Shown here: in pieces, positions 52,570 to 64,000 of the stretch
Numbering within the stretch: the stretch's first letter is position 1
Layout of the letters: each line of letters opens with the position of its first letter
Assembly: GCA_963693365.1 (NCBI GenBank)
Contig: CAVNZM010000013.1
Span: 4,950,640-5,014,639, forward strand
Reading direction: 5' to 3'
Length of the DNA stretch: 64,000 nt
DNA from: Amoebidium appalachense
Lineage: Eukaryota > Protista > Ichthyosporea
Translations under genes and position numbers: made by a program
Notes under the pieces: model-generated
What the model was told of the DNA's origin: nothing
What the model saw: the letters and a program-made list of their open reading frames with translations, nothing else
Database searches by the model: none

Positions 52570-53547
52570 TTAATCTCGCTTGGGCGAATCAGCTGCCACA
52601 GATCTAGAGTTAGCGATTTGTGGGTCGCACTTAAAGATACCCAGTCTCTCCTTCCAGCTAGCCCGCCTCACAGCATTTGGATTCCCTCCCCCGGCCACTG
52701 CCATTTTTGGTAGTCCAGGCTGCAGCGCCGTTGGGTTTACGGGCGGGAGATTGTCGTCGGCAGCAACATCCATAGGGATTTCCTTCTTCTCTTCTTTAAC
52801 AGCCGCGCTCTTAGTGCGAAAAAGCGAAATACAGCTCGGGCTTTTAAACTCACTTTTCTTGGTGCTGCTACTTGACGTGCTTAAAGCAATCCCCACCTCC
52901 TGCATGACGTAAAGCTCGTCGGGATTTTTCTGCGCACCGTACAGGAGCTGAAGATACAAATGGAGCCCGGCAGCGTGCTCAAACTCAACCAAAACCGCCG
53001 CACCGGATTCGCCCTCCAAAACCGCCATACCGGACTCCTTGTTACGCGGATGGCTGTCAAAAATTACCGCCTTCCTCCCCTTCCGCCCAATCATCGTTGA
53101 GTATCCACGTGTTGTGAGAACAAAAGCCGCCAGAGTTTGTTTGCTGGTCATGAAAATGTCTCGGATGGCGCCTTCTAGGGATTTCCCGTATCCTTCTTCG
53201 GCCAAACCGCCTGCATACCACCGTTCCTTTAACACGACACCCATTTCGGGTACCTCTGTGCAGACTTCATCCACACAGGCCATTGTTGCGTCGGCACGGC
53301 GGGTGTCTTTGAGACTCAGCCACTTGTTGTGATAGTTGACACCCTCTCTGTGTGATTTAGGTTAAGCCTTGATTGTTAGTGGGGGTATGTTACAGCAGCT
53401 CGAGTGCACAGGCACATAGAAAAATATCGACCTCATCCATCCAAAACTAGTAGTTTCTTTCTTGGTCATCTATGGCATGTTCAAACTGCCCTCCCCCCCC
53501 CCCCCTTTTTTTTTTCCTTCTTGTGCATGCTGCCTTTTTTTTTTTTT

Positions 53548-53578
<31 letters not shown>

Positions 53579-54682
53579 GGGGGGATCGAATCTATGTATG
53601 CGCCTGACACATCGATTTGGCGCGCACGAGTACAATATTATGTATGTATCAAAGCACTTGTGTGTCGGACTATCTATGACTCAATGGGTATGTGTGTTTA
53701 GTATTTGTTGAGCCTGTGAATGATCCACCGTGTACACATATGCTTTTCCGGTGAGCATGTGCTTGCACGGTGCTCATGCTATTTATATTTTTGTGTTTGC
53801 CAAAGCCTTTGTTTGTGTGATTGTGTGTGTGTGTGTGTGTGTGTGTCACGGTGTGTGTGTGTGTGTGTGCACGTGTGTGTACACGTGTGTGTGTGTGTGT
53901 GTGGGTTTGCCTGTGCGTGTGCATGTCACACGTGTGAGTGTGCGTACGTGTGCGTGTGCGTGTGTGTGTGCCATTCAATGTGTGTGCGTGTGCGTGTTGT
54001 ATGCAGTGTTCGCGTGTTCGCGTGCGTGGATGCATGTGCGTGTGCAATGTGCGTATGGGTGTGGGCGTGTGTGTACGTGTGCGTATGCGTGTGTGTGTGT
54101 GTGACTGCGTGTGTGTGTGCGTACGTCCGTGCGTTGCGTGTGAATGTGCGTGTGCCGCGGTACGTGTGTGCATGTGCGTGTGTGTGCACCTGTGCGTTGC
54201 GTGTGCGTGTGCGTGTGCGTTTCCAGGGTTCAGTGCCAGTGTGTGTGCGTGTGCGTGTGTCTGCAGTGTTTGCGTGTACGTGTGCGTGTGAATACGTGCG
54301 TGTGTGTGTGCTTGTGCGTGTGCGTGTGCGTGTGCATGTGCGTGTGCGTGTGCACGGGCTGTGCATTTGCGCGCACGTGTGTGTGCCTGCCTACTTAATA
54401 AGAATACTCGGACAGGGAAAGCTAACACTCACAACATGTACCTACATGGCCATGGGGCACCCACCGCATAATCTTGATTGCAGTTGCACGGTCACCCATA
54501 AACTTCTTCACGGTGCCGCCTGCCTGCAACCAGTAGCGGCCCACAAGACAAGAAATGGAAGTGCACGAGAGCTCTGCGCCAGCCATGTCCACATCCTCTT
54601 GTGAGATGTCAAACTGCGTCACTTTCTGCCCTGGCTGCACCTGAATATTGACGGGCACTTGCCCCATACCTTGGGCCATCAT
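52570..54682 (-). CDS. Herpesvirus large-tegument-like cysteine protease (peptidase C76 / VTD-type deubiquitinase or deneddylase), ~331 aa
   Basis: Exons 54682-54465 and 53347-52570 (CG|GT donor, ACTAAC branch point, CACAG acceptor, phase 2). Motifs FDISQEDVDMAGAELSCTSIS (Gln and catalytic Cys) and AFVLTTRGYSTMI...AVIFDSHPRNKESG...GAAVLVEF (D-S-H motif), as in UL36-type USP domains. Confidence 0.75.
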
Positions 54683-56039
54683 TTTCGCGGATCTTTTTAT
54701 AAGTATATTTGTGACAAATGTGTCTGGTTTTTCCCCAGCGAAAAGTTTGCCCTTCAACTAAAAGTTTATAAGCACTGTTGCCTGCCGAATCAGATGCTTT
54801 GCCGGGCCCTTAGTTAGTAGACAGTTGAATCAAACTCTCGCCTAGTGAAGCTTCGAACGTACAAGCTCTACTGCACTGAATGTAAGTCTTAGAAAAACCT
54901 AATGCAAATGGTTTCACTCGTTAAGGTTTTCTCTGTTGAGTTTATACGAAAACCACGAACCTTTTGTATGCTCCTTGTGTTACAGTGCAGGTGTGGTAAT
55001 TATGTCGCATGTGCAGGTGCCCCACGTGTTTACTTATTGGCCTTCGAATTCAGTTCTCTAGACCGCAAAGCATCATGTATCAGAAACATACATATGCAAG
55101 AGGGATATGTACTGCCTATAATGAAAATCACACAAAAGGAACGGGCTACCCATAGGCTACCTATCGGCGGTCAGAGGAAATTTAAAGCGAGCTCGCACTC
55201 TGCAAGTGCGCATGCCGGAACGTCCGTGTACGCAGCAAGACACAAACCTTTCTGCACACAACTCAACAGATCTGAGCCAAGGCTCACCATGGCTGCGATC
55301 TGAGCGATGCAAATAGATCGTACGTGTTTAAATGCACAACTGGGTAGGGCCCCAAAGCACCAAGTCTCTTCAGCATCTAGCATTAAGGCTCTTATAACAT
55401 AATAATTCAATAAATTTAAGGTCCCAGGTGGTAGATGCTCAAAGAGCAATTAATCCCCCTGCACTCAAAACATCATTACACTATGTAGTATATGATATTA
55501 TGACATGACCGGCAGTAGCACCGGCAGTTTGAAGAAAAAAGTTTATAATAAAACTGCCGCGCTCATGGAGATCTTCAAAGAAACCAATCACTAATAACCT
55601 CCAAGATTCTACTAAAACTCCTTACCGAAAAGCCCCAAGTTACCAGGCACCTTAGCCTACAGCGCCCTTTTTCGTGTATATTGTGCGTAAGAAAGTATTT
55701 GTTTCAGCCAATTTTTTTTTCTTAGTTTGCTCATCAAAAAGTTCATGGCTGAAGAAGAACCCTACGAGAGTTGTAGATCTCGGTAGATCGATCTAGATCT
55801 CACACAGCCAATCAAAGAAATCATGAAAATCTTTGAAAACTGCACACGCGTGGCTACATACCGTGACCGCTGCTCACTGACCTTGATTCTTTGAGTGCTT
55901 GCTTTCTGCATGCGGCTTCTCTCTCTGCATATGACGCCGCAGGAGCCCTATGATGCACCGGGTCTATACACCTGTACAGGTTTTTCGCGAATAAAAACCG
56001 AACCGAATGCGTCCCAGAAAAAAAATTTGGACCAGCCGC

Positions 56040-56200
56040 CATGGCTCGATGCGGGACGAGCTTGCGGGACGTCGAAAAACACATAAAACGCAATTTCGGG
56101 TTATTTTTTGCCCATTTTGACCCCGACCTGGCCCGACGCGACTCGACGCGACTCGACCCAAACCGACCCGAACAGTTTCGGTCCGACCTGGCCTGGGCTG
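56040..56200. repeat. CpG-rich cluster of short CGAC-containing direct repeats, possibly a DNA-transposon subterminal relic
   Basis: cccgacctggcc x2, cgacgcgact x2, gcgggacg x2, ccgaccc in intergenic DNA. Confidence 0.4.
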
Positions 56201-56596
56201 CAGACTCACTTGGCATGAGACCGTGGAAGAAAAAAAACAAAAAAAAACAGCTTGCCTGCGAGCGAGTCGACTTGCATGGTGCCTATGCGTAGTGCACGTA
56301 GGTAGTGCAGCACAGCCATGAGGGCAAAAAAATAGAGAACAACAATTACAAATCTGAAAGAGTTTTCAAAGAATCAAGACCCAAAAGTAGAGATCTCACC
56401 AGAAGAATTGACAGATCAACCTTTGTTAGAAGGAAGACGCTGTGTGTTTAGCAGACCGGCCACCGAAGAAGAACAAAACTTTCAAGCACACACATAAGCA
56501 CATAAGCATACAGCATGTCCCCTTGGCACCATCATGTGTTGTGTATGTGTGTGTGTGCGTGTATGTGTGTGTGTGTTTGTATGGGGACGGTGTTTG

Positions 56597-56730
<134 letters not shown>

Positions 56731-57276
56731 GGGTGCGTGCATGTGTGGATGTGTGTCTGTGTTTGTGTATCTGTAAGTGTGTGTGTGTGTGTGGGAGGGT
56801 GTGTGCATGTGTGGGTGTGTGTCTGTGTTTGTGTATCTGTTTGTCGCTAAGGTATGTCTATTTTATATTTTAGGGTATTATGATTGGCGCGATTTGAGAT
56901 TTAGAGCTGTAACCAATCAAACAAGTTCTTAATTCAATCGTTATTGGATATATGTCACGACAGATTGATGCCGGTATCGAATGATATAACGGCACATGTG
57001 CGGCCAGGTGATTCATCACTTATTGTAGGCTGTGTTTCGCTTTCTCAGGTTTATGCCGGTCGGTGTGACACAGATCTATCAAAGAATTTTAAAAATAATT
57101 GAATATTGAACCCAAAAACGCTCCTTAAAGAAAGAAAACTTGTCACAAAACTAAACACCAAATACTTCAATATTTGGCTGCATACTTCCGGAGATCTATG
57201 TAGATCCAGTTCACAGGCACCACGTGTGCACGTGGCACGGCCACCGACCGGCGCCGGCTGCGCAGTACACTACACA

Positions 57277-57319
<43 letters not shown>

Positions 57320-57354
57320 CCCCCCCGGAGGCACCCCCTCTTCCCCTCAAAAGT

Positions 57355-57655
57355 TGCCCCTCCGCAGTGCAACATTCTCGTCCCGCCCCTCTGCTCACCC
57401 CTCTGCAAGGCCTTTTTTGGCACACGCAGAGGGGTGTGCGGAGAGGGTTTTCATAGCTTTGCGGAGGGGTGGGCGGAGGGGTGTGGAGGGGTCCCCTCCG
57501 CAACCCCTCCGCAAAACTATAAAACCCCCCTCCGCACCCCCCTCCGCGAAGTCATAAAACCCCTCCGCGATGTCGTTTTTCGGCGTGGACGGGTGACTTT
57601 GCGGAGGGGTCAAATTCACCTCTCCGCAGACGCCCCTCCGCAAAGTGCGCAACCC
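57355..57655. mobile_element. Palindromic (foldback/MITE-like) element made of CCCCTCCGC / GCGGAGGGG repeats
   Basis: More than ten exact or near copies of the 9-mer in both orientations; arms tgcggagagggttttcatagctttgcggaggggt and acccctccgcaaaactataaaaccccctccgca are inverted around ~57491. No TSD identified. Confidence 0.55.
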
Positions 57656-58727
57656 GGAGGGTGGTGGTGGTGGTGGTGGTGGGGGGGGGGGGGGGGGGGG
57701 GGAAGAGGGAGAGACAGAGAGAGGGATAGTGTTGCAGGCATGCTAGTAGTTATGGTGGCGCAATCAATGCTGTTAAACCGAATAGCCTCATTATGAATAG
57801 CCTTATTATTTGTACACATGTGCGTGCCTGTTTGTCGCATGTACACGTGGTCGGTGTGGCTCACGGTATTTTCCTACTTTTTTGTTTGTATTATACTTTT
57901 AAGTTTTTGGGTTGGCAAAACTTTCCGTCAAAATTTCCATATATGGCTAATCACTCATATCGCGCACGATTATTTGGTTAATGCTTAATTTTTTTGAGAT
58001 TGCGATATTTCTACTTTTTTGTTTGTTTTTTGCTCCGGATCCTGGATGTGAGAATACTGTGAATCGTTGCCACGGTGAAAAATCTTGGGTTTTAGGACTC
58101 TGAGAGCAGAAGAGGCCCCCTGCGGGAGGAGGAGGAGGAGGGGGGGGGGGGGGGGGGGGGAGGGGGGGGGCAAGGGGAAAGAGGGGAGAAGGGGGGAAGG
58201 GGGGAGGAGGGAAGGAGGGGGCGGGCCGGGGGGGGGGGGGGGGGGGGGGATTTGTAGGGGAGGTGGAGAAGGGAAGGGGGGAGGGGGGACGATATAGAAG
58301 GGGAGGTGTCACTTAACGTGTGGTGAACTCGAACATAAGCGGTCTTCATGACAACAACTACGAGCAAACTTTTCTGGTTTTTTGTATTGCAAGACTGTAT
58401 TACCAGTTTCTTTTATGTGGGGTGAGCCTCCTCACAAGGTATTCAGAGATTTTATTTACAAATATTCGCCAATATTCGCCAACATTTGCCAACTTTGACC
58501 ATATGGCGGGCATACAATGCCACACTATTGGGGAACAGCTACATCAGATGTCTATATACATATATATACAACAACAGCGGGCATGACCATTCATCTAGAG
58601 CCCGATTAACACCCTGGTTCCGGGAGCATATCATACGTGCACATTATTTATGGCATTCCTTTCCATATTTAGATTCCTAGCAAGCACTAACCGCGTCTCA
58701 ATATTAATTTCTCCCCCCCCCCTTCGC

Positions 58728-59933
58728 CTACTGCATTCCGTTGGACGAGAAAACGACCGTCTGTCCAGGAGTGAAGGTTGTTAAAGACCACGTCTGCCCT
58801 CCACCGTTAAAGTACATTAGGGCGTTGTTACCGGCCGTATTCCCCTGCACCAGGCTTGTGCCAAGAATAGAAACAGTCCCCGTCCCTTGCACAGGCGTCT
58901 GGCTCGACCACGAGTCCCAAATAGACCCACTAGAGGCAGCGGAATTATCAATGAACTGAGCATCAAGGGTCACGTTACCCACAACTATGTTGTTGGCAAT
59001 GGCGCCGCCACGTCCGGCGGGTGCCGTATTATTCCTGAACGTTCCATAAACGAGCACTTCGCCGTGCACCTGTTCGAGCCACATGGCACCGCCGCGTGAT
59101 TTCCAGCCAAACTCACGCGCCTCGTTGCTTTCAAACGTCGAGTTCACTGTTAGTTTTGCCCCGGCCTCAATATTCCCGAGGTAGAACGCGCCGCCCGCAG
59201 ACGCCATGTTGCCCTTAAACTGGTTGCTCTCCACCTTAACCGTCGACCCGGCAAACACGCTCGAAATCATGAGCGCCGCGCCGAGGCTGTGAGGGAACCA
59301 AAACGTGTTGTTTGTGAATACGTTGTTCGTGATGGTGACTTGCCCGCCTACAGAGACGATCCACACGGCCCCACCGCCCATCCACCATAGAATCTCCTCC
59401 GTGCCGTTCATGCCGTAGTTGTGCACAACGTTGCTGTCAAACACGCACGAGTCAACGTTGATCCCGTTCGTGCTCCCGACGAAAATTGCAGACCCGCCAC
59501 GGGCATAAGTCTCAAAGTTCTTAAAGGAGCAACCGTACACGTTAAGGTTGACCGTAGTGGTGGGGGCAGCGGGCTGGGCATCGGCGCCCAAATCGGGCGT
59601 GCGGAACGCTGTGCACGATCCGCCGCCGACATTCTCAAAAGCCAGGTTCTTTAAGGTGACCGTCTGCCCGTCCCCGGTGGCACGGAGCATACCCGCCCAG
59701 GTGATGTTCATTGTGCAGAGGAGGCGGGGTTGGGTGGATGCGGAGGGGTTGCCTTGTATGGTTATTGTGGCGGCGAATGGGATCTCTGCGTTGATGGTGA
59801 GGTCTTGGAAGATAGTGACGACACTGCCCGACCCGGCGGCGGTGATGGCTGAGGACAGGTCTGAGTAGCATACCTGCATGGTGTGTGCGTTAGTGGGTGC
59901 ACAGTTCAGCTTACTGAGGATTCTGGTTTTTTT

Positions 59934-59964
<31 letters not shown>

Positions 59965-60304
59965 GAGGAGGGGGGGAGGGGGGGAGGGGGAGGGGGGAGA
60001 AGGGAAAGAGGAGGGGAGAGAGGGGTGGATGCGGGGGGGGGGGGGGGGGTAGTAATAGGAATTTGGTCAGGTCATGTTTATGGTAACGGTGGTGCTGGTT
60101 GTTCGTTTTTCTTTCTTTTTTTTTTTTTTTTTTCCCTCGCACATTTCTTGGTTCGTTTTTTCCGTTGTTTTCGTTGTTTTTTCGTTGTTTGTGCTGGACA
60201 TTTTTGTTGGATGGTGGTGGTTGTGGTGGTGGTAGTTTGTGTGCGCCCACGTCTTTGCACGTGTGTATGTGTGAGATTGTGTGTGTGTGTGTGTGAGATT
60301 GTGT

Positions 60305-60362
<58 letters not shown>

Positions 60363-60400
60363 TGTACGATGGTGGTGGTGGTGGTGGGGGGGGGGGGGGG

Positions 60401-60437
<37 letters not shown>

Positions 60438-61528
60438 GAGAGGAAGGGGAGGGGGGCCCGGGAGGGAAAGGGGGTCACCAACCTTGTCCACAGCTACGAC
60501 TGGGCAGCTTGCTGCTGGCTCAAGACACTTTCCATTCTGAAGCTCGTATCCCGCATTGCATTGGGTGCAGAATGCAACACCGCCACTGCACATCTGAGAC
60601 GCACAGTTGGAAAGGGGGGCACATGTGGGCTCAGCAGAGGTGGTGGTGGTTGTAGTGGTCGTCGTCGTTAAGGTGGGTGTGGGTGTGAGTGTTGTTGTTG
60701 GTGGTGTTGTTGAGGAGATTGGGGTGTTGGTGGTGGTGGTGGTGATGATGGTGGTCGTTGGGAGAAAACTGGATTGCGTGGAGCTTGAATGGTCGACAGT
60801 GGTGGTAAGAGGCGCCTCAGTTGTGGAGATGGTGAAGGGGTCGGTGGTTGGTGGGATAGGGGCGATGGTGGACGTTGTGTTGTCTCCCGTGTTGGCGTCG
60901 CTGGATGAGTTTCTGCTCACAACGACACCAGCCTGTTGGTTAAATGAAACATTGGTTATTTTTGGTGCTTTACAAGAACATAAGATTTGCGCAATGGTAT
61001 GTAGGTGAAACACAGGTTGCACCGATGATCCGAAGAATATTCCTCTAACAGTTTCCACCCAAAAGACCTATGCCACACAGAGCGAAAGTTTTTGGATACC
61101 TGAGAAAATCAAATGCACAAACTCACGCTAAATCACGCTGGTATTTACACAAATGAAAATTCTTTCCAGCAGACACAAAAAGCTGCAAGAGGCAACAAGT
61201 GAAAACCCTTTGCATGTTTGTAGCTTGAAATTTGGGCAGTCACTTTGACGATCCAGTTGGCATAAGACGCACTCACCACACCCCACACGTTTACCTCCTT
61301 ACCATGCAACAATTCCTCCCTCAATCATTCGCACGGAAACCTTTTCACTTCTAGCACCAACACTTCAACTCACGTTCAAAGAAAATTAGATGCGTGTTGA
61401 ACACCTACCGTTACAGCAGCGGCAATGACCAGGGCAACACCGACAACGCCAGCAACGGTGAAGATCTTGCACCGACGGCTGTAGCCACTTGACTTGACCG
61501 GAACATGCAGACCCTTCTCGGTGTCCAT
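58728..61528 (-). CDS. Type II membrane/surface protein, ~571 aa: N-terminal signal-anchor, Thr-rich mucin-like stalk, small Cys-rich module, right-handed beta-helix with Pmp-like FxxN/GGA repeats
   Basis: Exons 61528-61409, 60932-60483, 59873-58728 (all phase 0; 1716 nt). TM segment IFTVAGVVGVALVIAAAVTAGVVV; poly-Thr stalk; CAPLSNCASQMCSGGVAFCTQCNAGYELQNGKC; repeats FKGNMASAGGAF, FESN...RGGAM, FRNNTAPAGRGGAI, FDSN...GGGAV. Confidence 0.85.
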
Positions 61529-61832
61529 TTTCCTCCCAGAAGTCACCACTACGTGCACTTTGCTTGCAATGAAAAAACACAAAGAAAACAAAGACGTTCC
61601 CTGTTTTGTGCTTGGTGAATGAAAAACTAAAGTTGTGGATTTGTTAACACAACTGCAGTGTGAAGGAAACGTAAGTTTCAAAAAGAAATTAACCTTAATC
61701 AGGTAAGTCGACGAACATGAAAGTGCTTGGAGTAACCAGAAACTTTATGCTAGAAGTGTAGTAAAAGAGTGGTGTATTACCAATGCAAAGTTTGGTTTTG
61801 GAATTCTGATGATGCATCTGCAGTCATCCGCC

Positions 61833-61840
61833 TTTATATA
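61833..61840 (-). promoter_or_regulatory. Putative TATA box of the beta-helix surface protein gene
   Basis: TATATAAA on the minus strand ~305 bp upstream of the ATG, in the same ggTATATAA context as the box upstream of the lactate permease. Confidence 0.4.
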
Positions 61841-63062
61841 CCCCGCGGTCAGCTGATAGGATGTAGAAGCACAAGATCATTGGATGAGAGTAGACGGTTA
61901 GATGAAAATATGATTTACGGACCAATAATAATGCTGTATGTTCTGTGATTGGGTAATTACTGAATTGGAGCATCAAGGGTGTTAACCGCCGTCTGTGTAC
62001 ATAAAGCCCACATTTTAGCTATGAAATGCCGACACGAAAATGCACTAACTAAAATATTATAATATATTTCTAAAATAATATTGTATTATTCCAGGGCAAA
62101 GAAGCTGATAGAGCTTTTTTTGGGCGCTGGACAGCAAGCATGTTATGTCTACTTCTCGCACACCCTGGTAGGCTAGCCAATCGGTGAAGTCCGGCTGTTT
62201 GTTTTGCCAACCCCAAGATCTAAAATTTAGATGTACAGAAAGGGACTCCCTGCAAGGCCTCCTATTACACAGGGCCGCGGCGCGCTACAGACTAGTACTC
62301 GAGGATCTCGAATATGACGTAGCAGGTCCAGACCTAGAAAAATCAATCATCAGATCTTGCAGGATGCAAAACAGACTTCCGCCGGCAAAATCGGAGAAGA
62401 CTAAAGACTTGCGCAATATGTAGTACGCTAAAATGCCTCAAAAATGATATTTGATCCAGTCCCCCCCGCGGAGCAGCAAGCACCTCACGTCTTGTATATG
62501 CTTTTGTTTCTTGTTCTTGCCAGCCTGAGCGCACCATTGTGTCAGTTGTTGAGGAGAAAGTTCGTCGTGCGGAGGATCGGATCTCTTCTAGGTACGAGTA
62601 GGTCTATTTTTTGCTGTGTGGTCTATCTTTAGGTAACATGGGTTGCTGCCTTGTACCTACAAGTCAGTTGCCTCTAAGCACGTTGGGCAATGTGCAACTG
62701 CAAGATATTGCATGTGGCTGAGTGTGGCGTGCTGAAGATGCATATTGCGTGCACTTCCCGGTCAGCATTTATTAACTTGTGCCCCCTCTAGCTGCCCATG
62801 TATACCTCTGTTTAATAAAGCCGGGCCGGGCAGCGAGTGCGAAGTAAACTCAGGAAGGTAGAAGTGGCTGAGAAAACAAGATCATGATGGCACACAGAGC
62901 CAGTATACGTAGCACCAGTAGCACAGCCACAGTCAGTTCGTTTAGCCGAAGTTAGAACAACCTAGACCGTCTACTGCAGCGTCCATGGGACCGGTCCCGC
63001 GGGGGGGGGGGGGGGGGGGGGGAGGGGGGCGGGGGAAGGGGGAGACAGGTGACGGGCAGCCT

Positions 63063-63105
<43 letters not shown>

Positions 63106-64000
63106 GGTGCACAGTACAAAGTTAGAAATAAACTGACTGAGCGAGAGATAAACGAGAGTCAGAGGAGAAGTGGAACACATGTACAGGCATCCCTAGAAAG
63201 CTACTCTAATGTTGATTGGATCTAATATTAGTCAAGAGTGTCAGAAGGTACCGGCGAGGCAATGAACTCAGTGCACTTCCTGAATTATTGGGGGGAGGGG
63301 GTGGGGCGGGAAGAGGGGGACGGGAGGAGGGGGGGGGGGGGGGGGTATAGTGGTAGCGGTAACTTGTGGGGGCGGGGGGGAGAGAGTCGGGCGGTGGGGG
63401 AAGGGGGGACCTCACGTGCACGTGGTACGCGCACGGACACTGCACGATGAGCACAATAACGCTGCCCCCAATAGTTTATTATCATAAGTTATGATACTTG
63501 ACCGTAACGAAGTATATACAGGTTGGTGGGTGGAAAGAATAGTATTTGGTCATCAGGCGGCACACGGCTGCGTGCTAGGAGGGGGGCGGGGCTGAGGGGG
63601 GGGGGGGGGGGGGGGGGGGGGGAACACAGCCCCACCCCCGCCAGGTGGGTCCCTCCCCGCGGCCGCGCCCACCCATCCCTGAGTTTGCCTTGGGGAGGCG
63701 GGGTTGACCTGAGGGGGGAGGGCAGAGGGGGAACCCACTCACCCCGGGGGGGAGAAGGGGGGAGGGGGGTCGAACCGAACCACCAGTTCGGAGCGTTGCT
63801 GGGCTAATCCCATCCTCATTCAAGGTTCCCTTAGAGTATAATGCACAGAACTCCGGGAAGCTAAGCGAAAACCTTCATTGTGGTGAGATCTACATTGAAT
63901 GCCCTGTAGTAGCTTGCAACATCTCATAATGACCTAGCCGTGGCCAGTCTGCCTCGGAGATCCGTGCATCCCAAGCAAGAACAGAGCACTAAAAGCCATG

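Noticed and set aside
62184-62632. Short ORFs on both strands upstream of the beta-helix gene
   Set aside because: No recognisable motif and no consistent splice model.

Overview
Eukaryotic, intron-rich genomic DNA. Introns are packed with (GT)n/(CA)n/(CT)n microsatellites and poly-G/poly-C runs, so most ORF-track entries are low-complexity artefacts. Gene content suggests a unicellular relative of animals, possibly an ichthyosporean (inference only). Hand-splicing at GT-AG junctions with consistent phase gives five protein-coding genes. (1) A 16-exon ARID4/RBBP1-like chromatin protein (+, 4140-19982) with no visible ARID domain. (2) An 11-exon LctP-family lactate permease (-, 21764-28629). 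(3) A 23-exon, ~732-aa gene (-, 31370-47315) in which a ROCK/MRCK/DMPK-family kinase is spliced in frame to an RVxF + ankyrin module of the PP1-targeting (MYPT-like) type. (4) A 2-exon deubiquitinase of the herpesvirus large-tegument type (peptidase C76/VTD; -, 52570-54682). (5) A 3-exon type II membrane protein with a mucin stalk and a Pmp-like beta-helix (-, 58728-61528). The window also holds an intronic tRNA-Asp(GTC), a structured intronic repeat family always co-oriented with its host gene, tandem copies of a kinase exon end, a palindromic element and a few possible gene relics. All family assignments come from motif recognition by eye; no database search was run.
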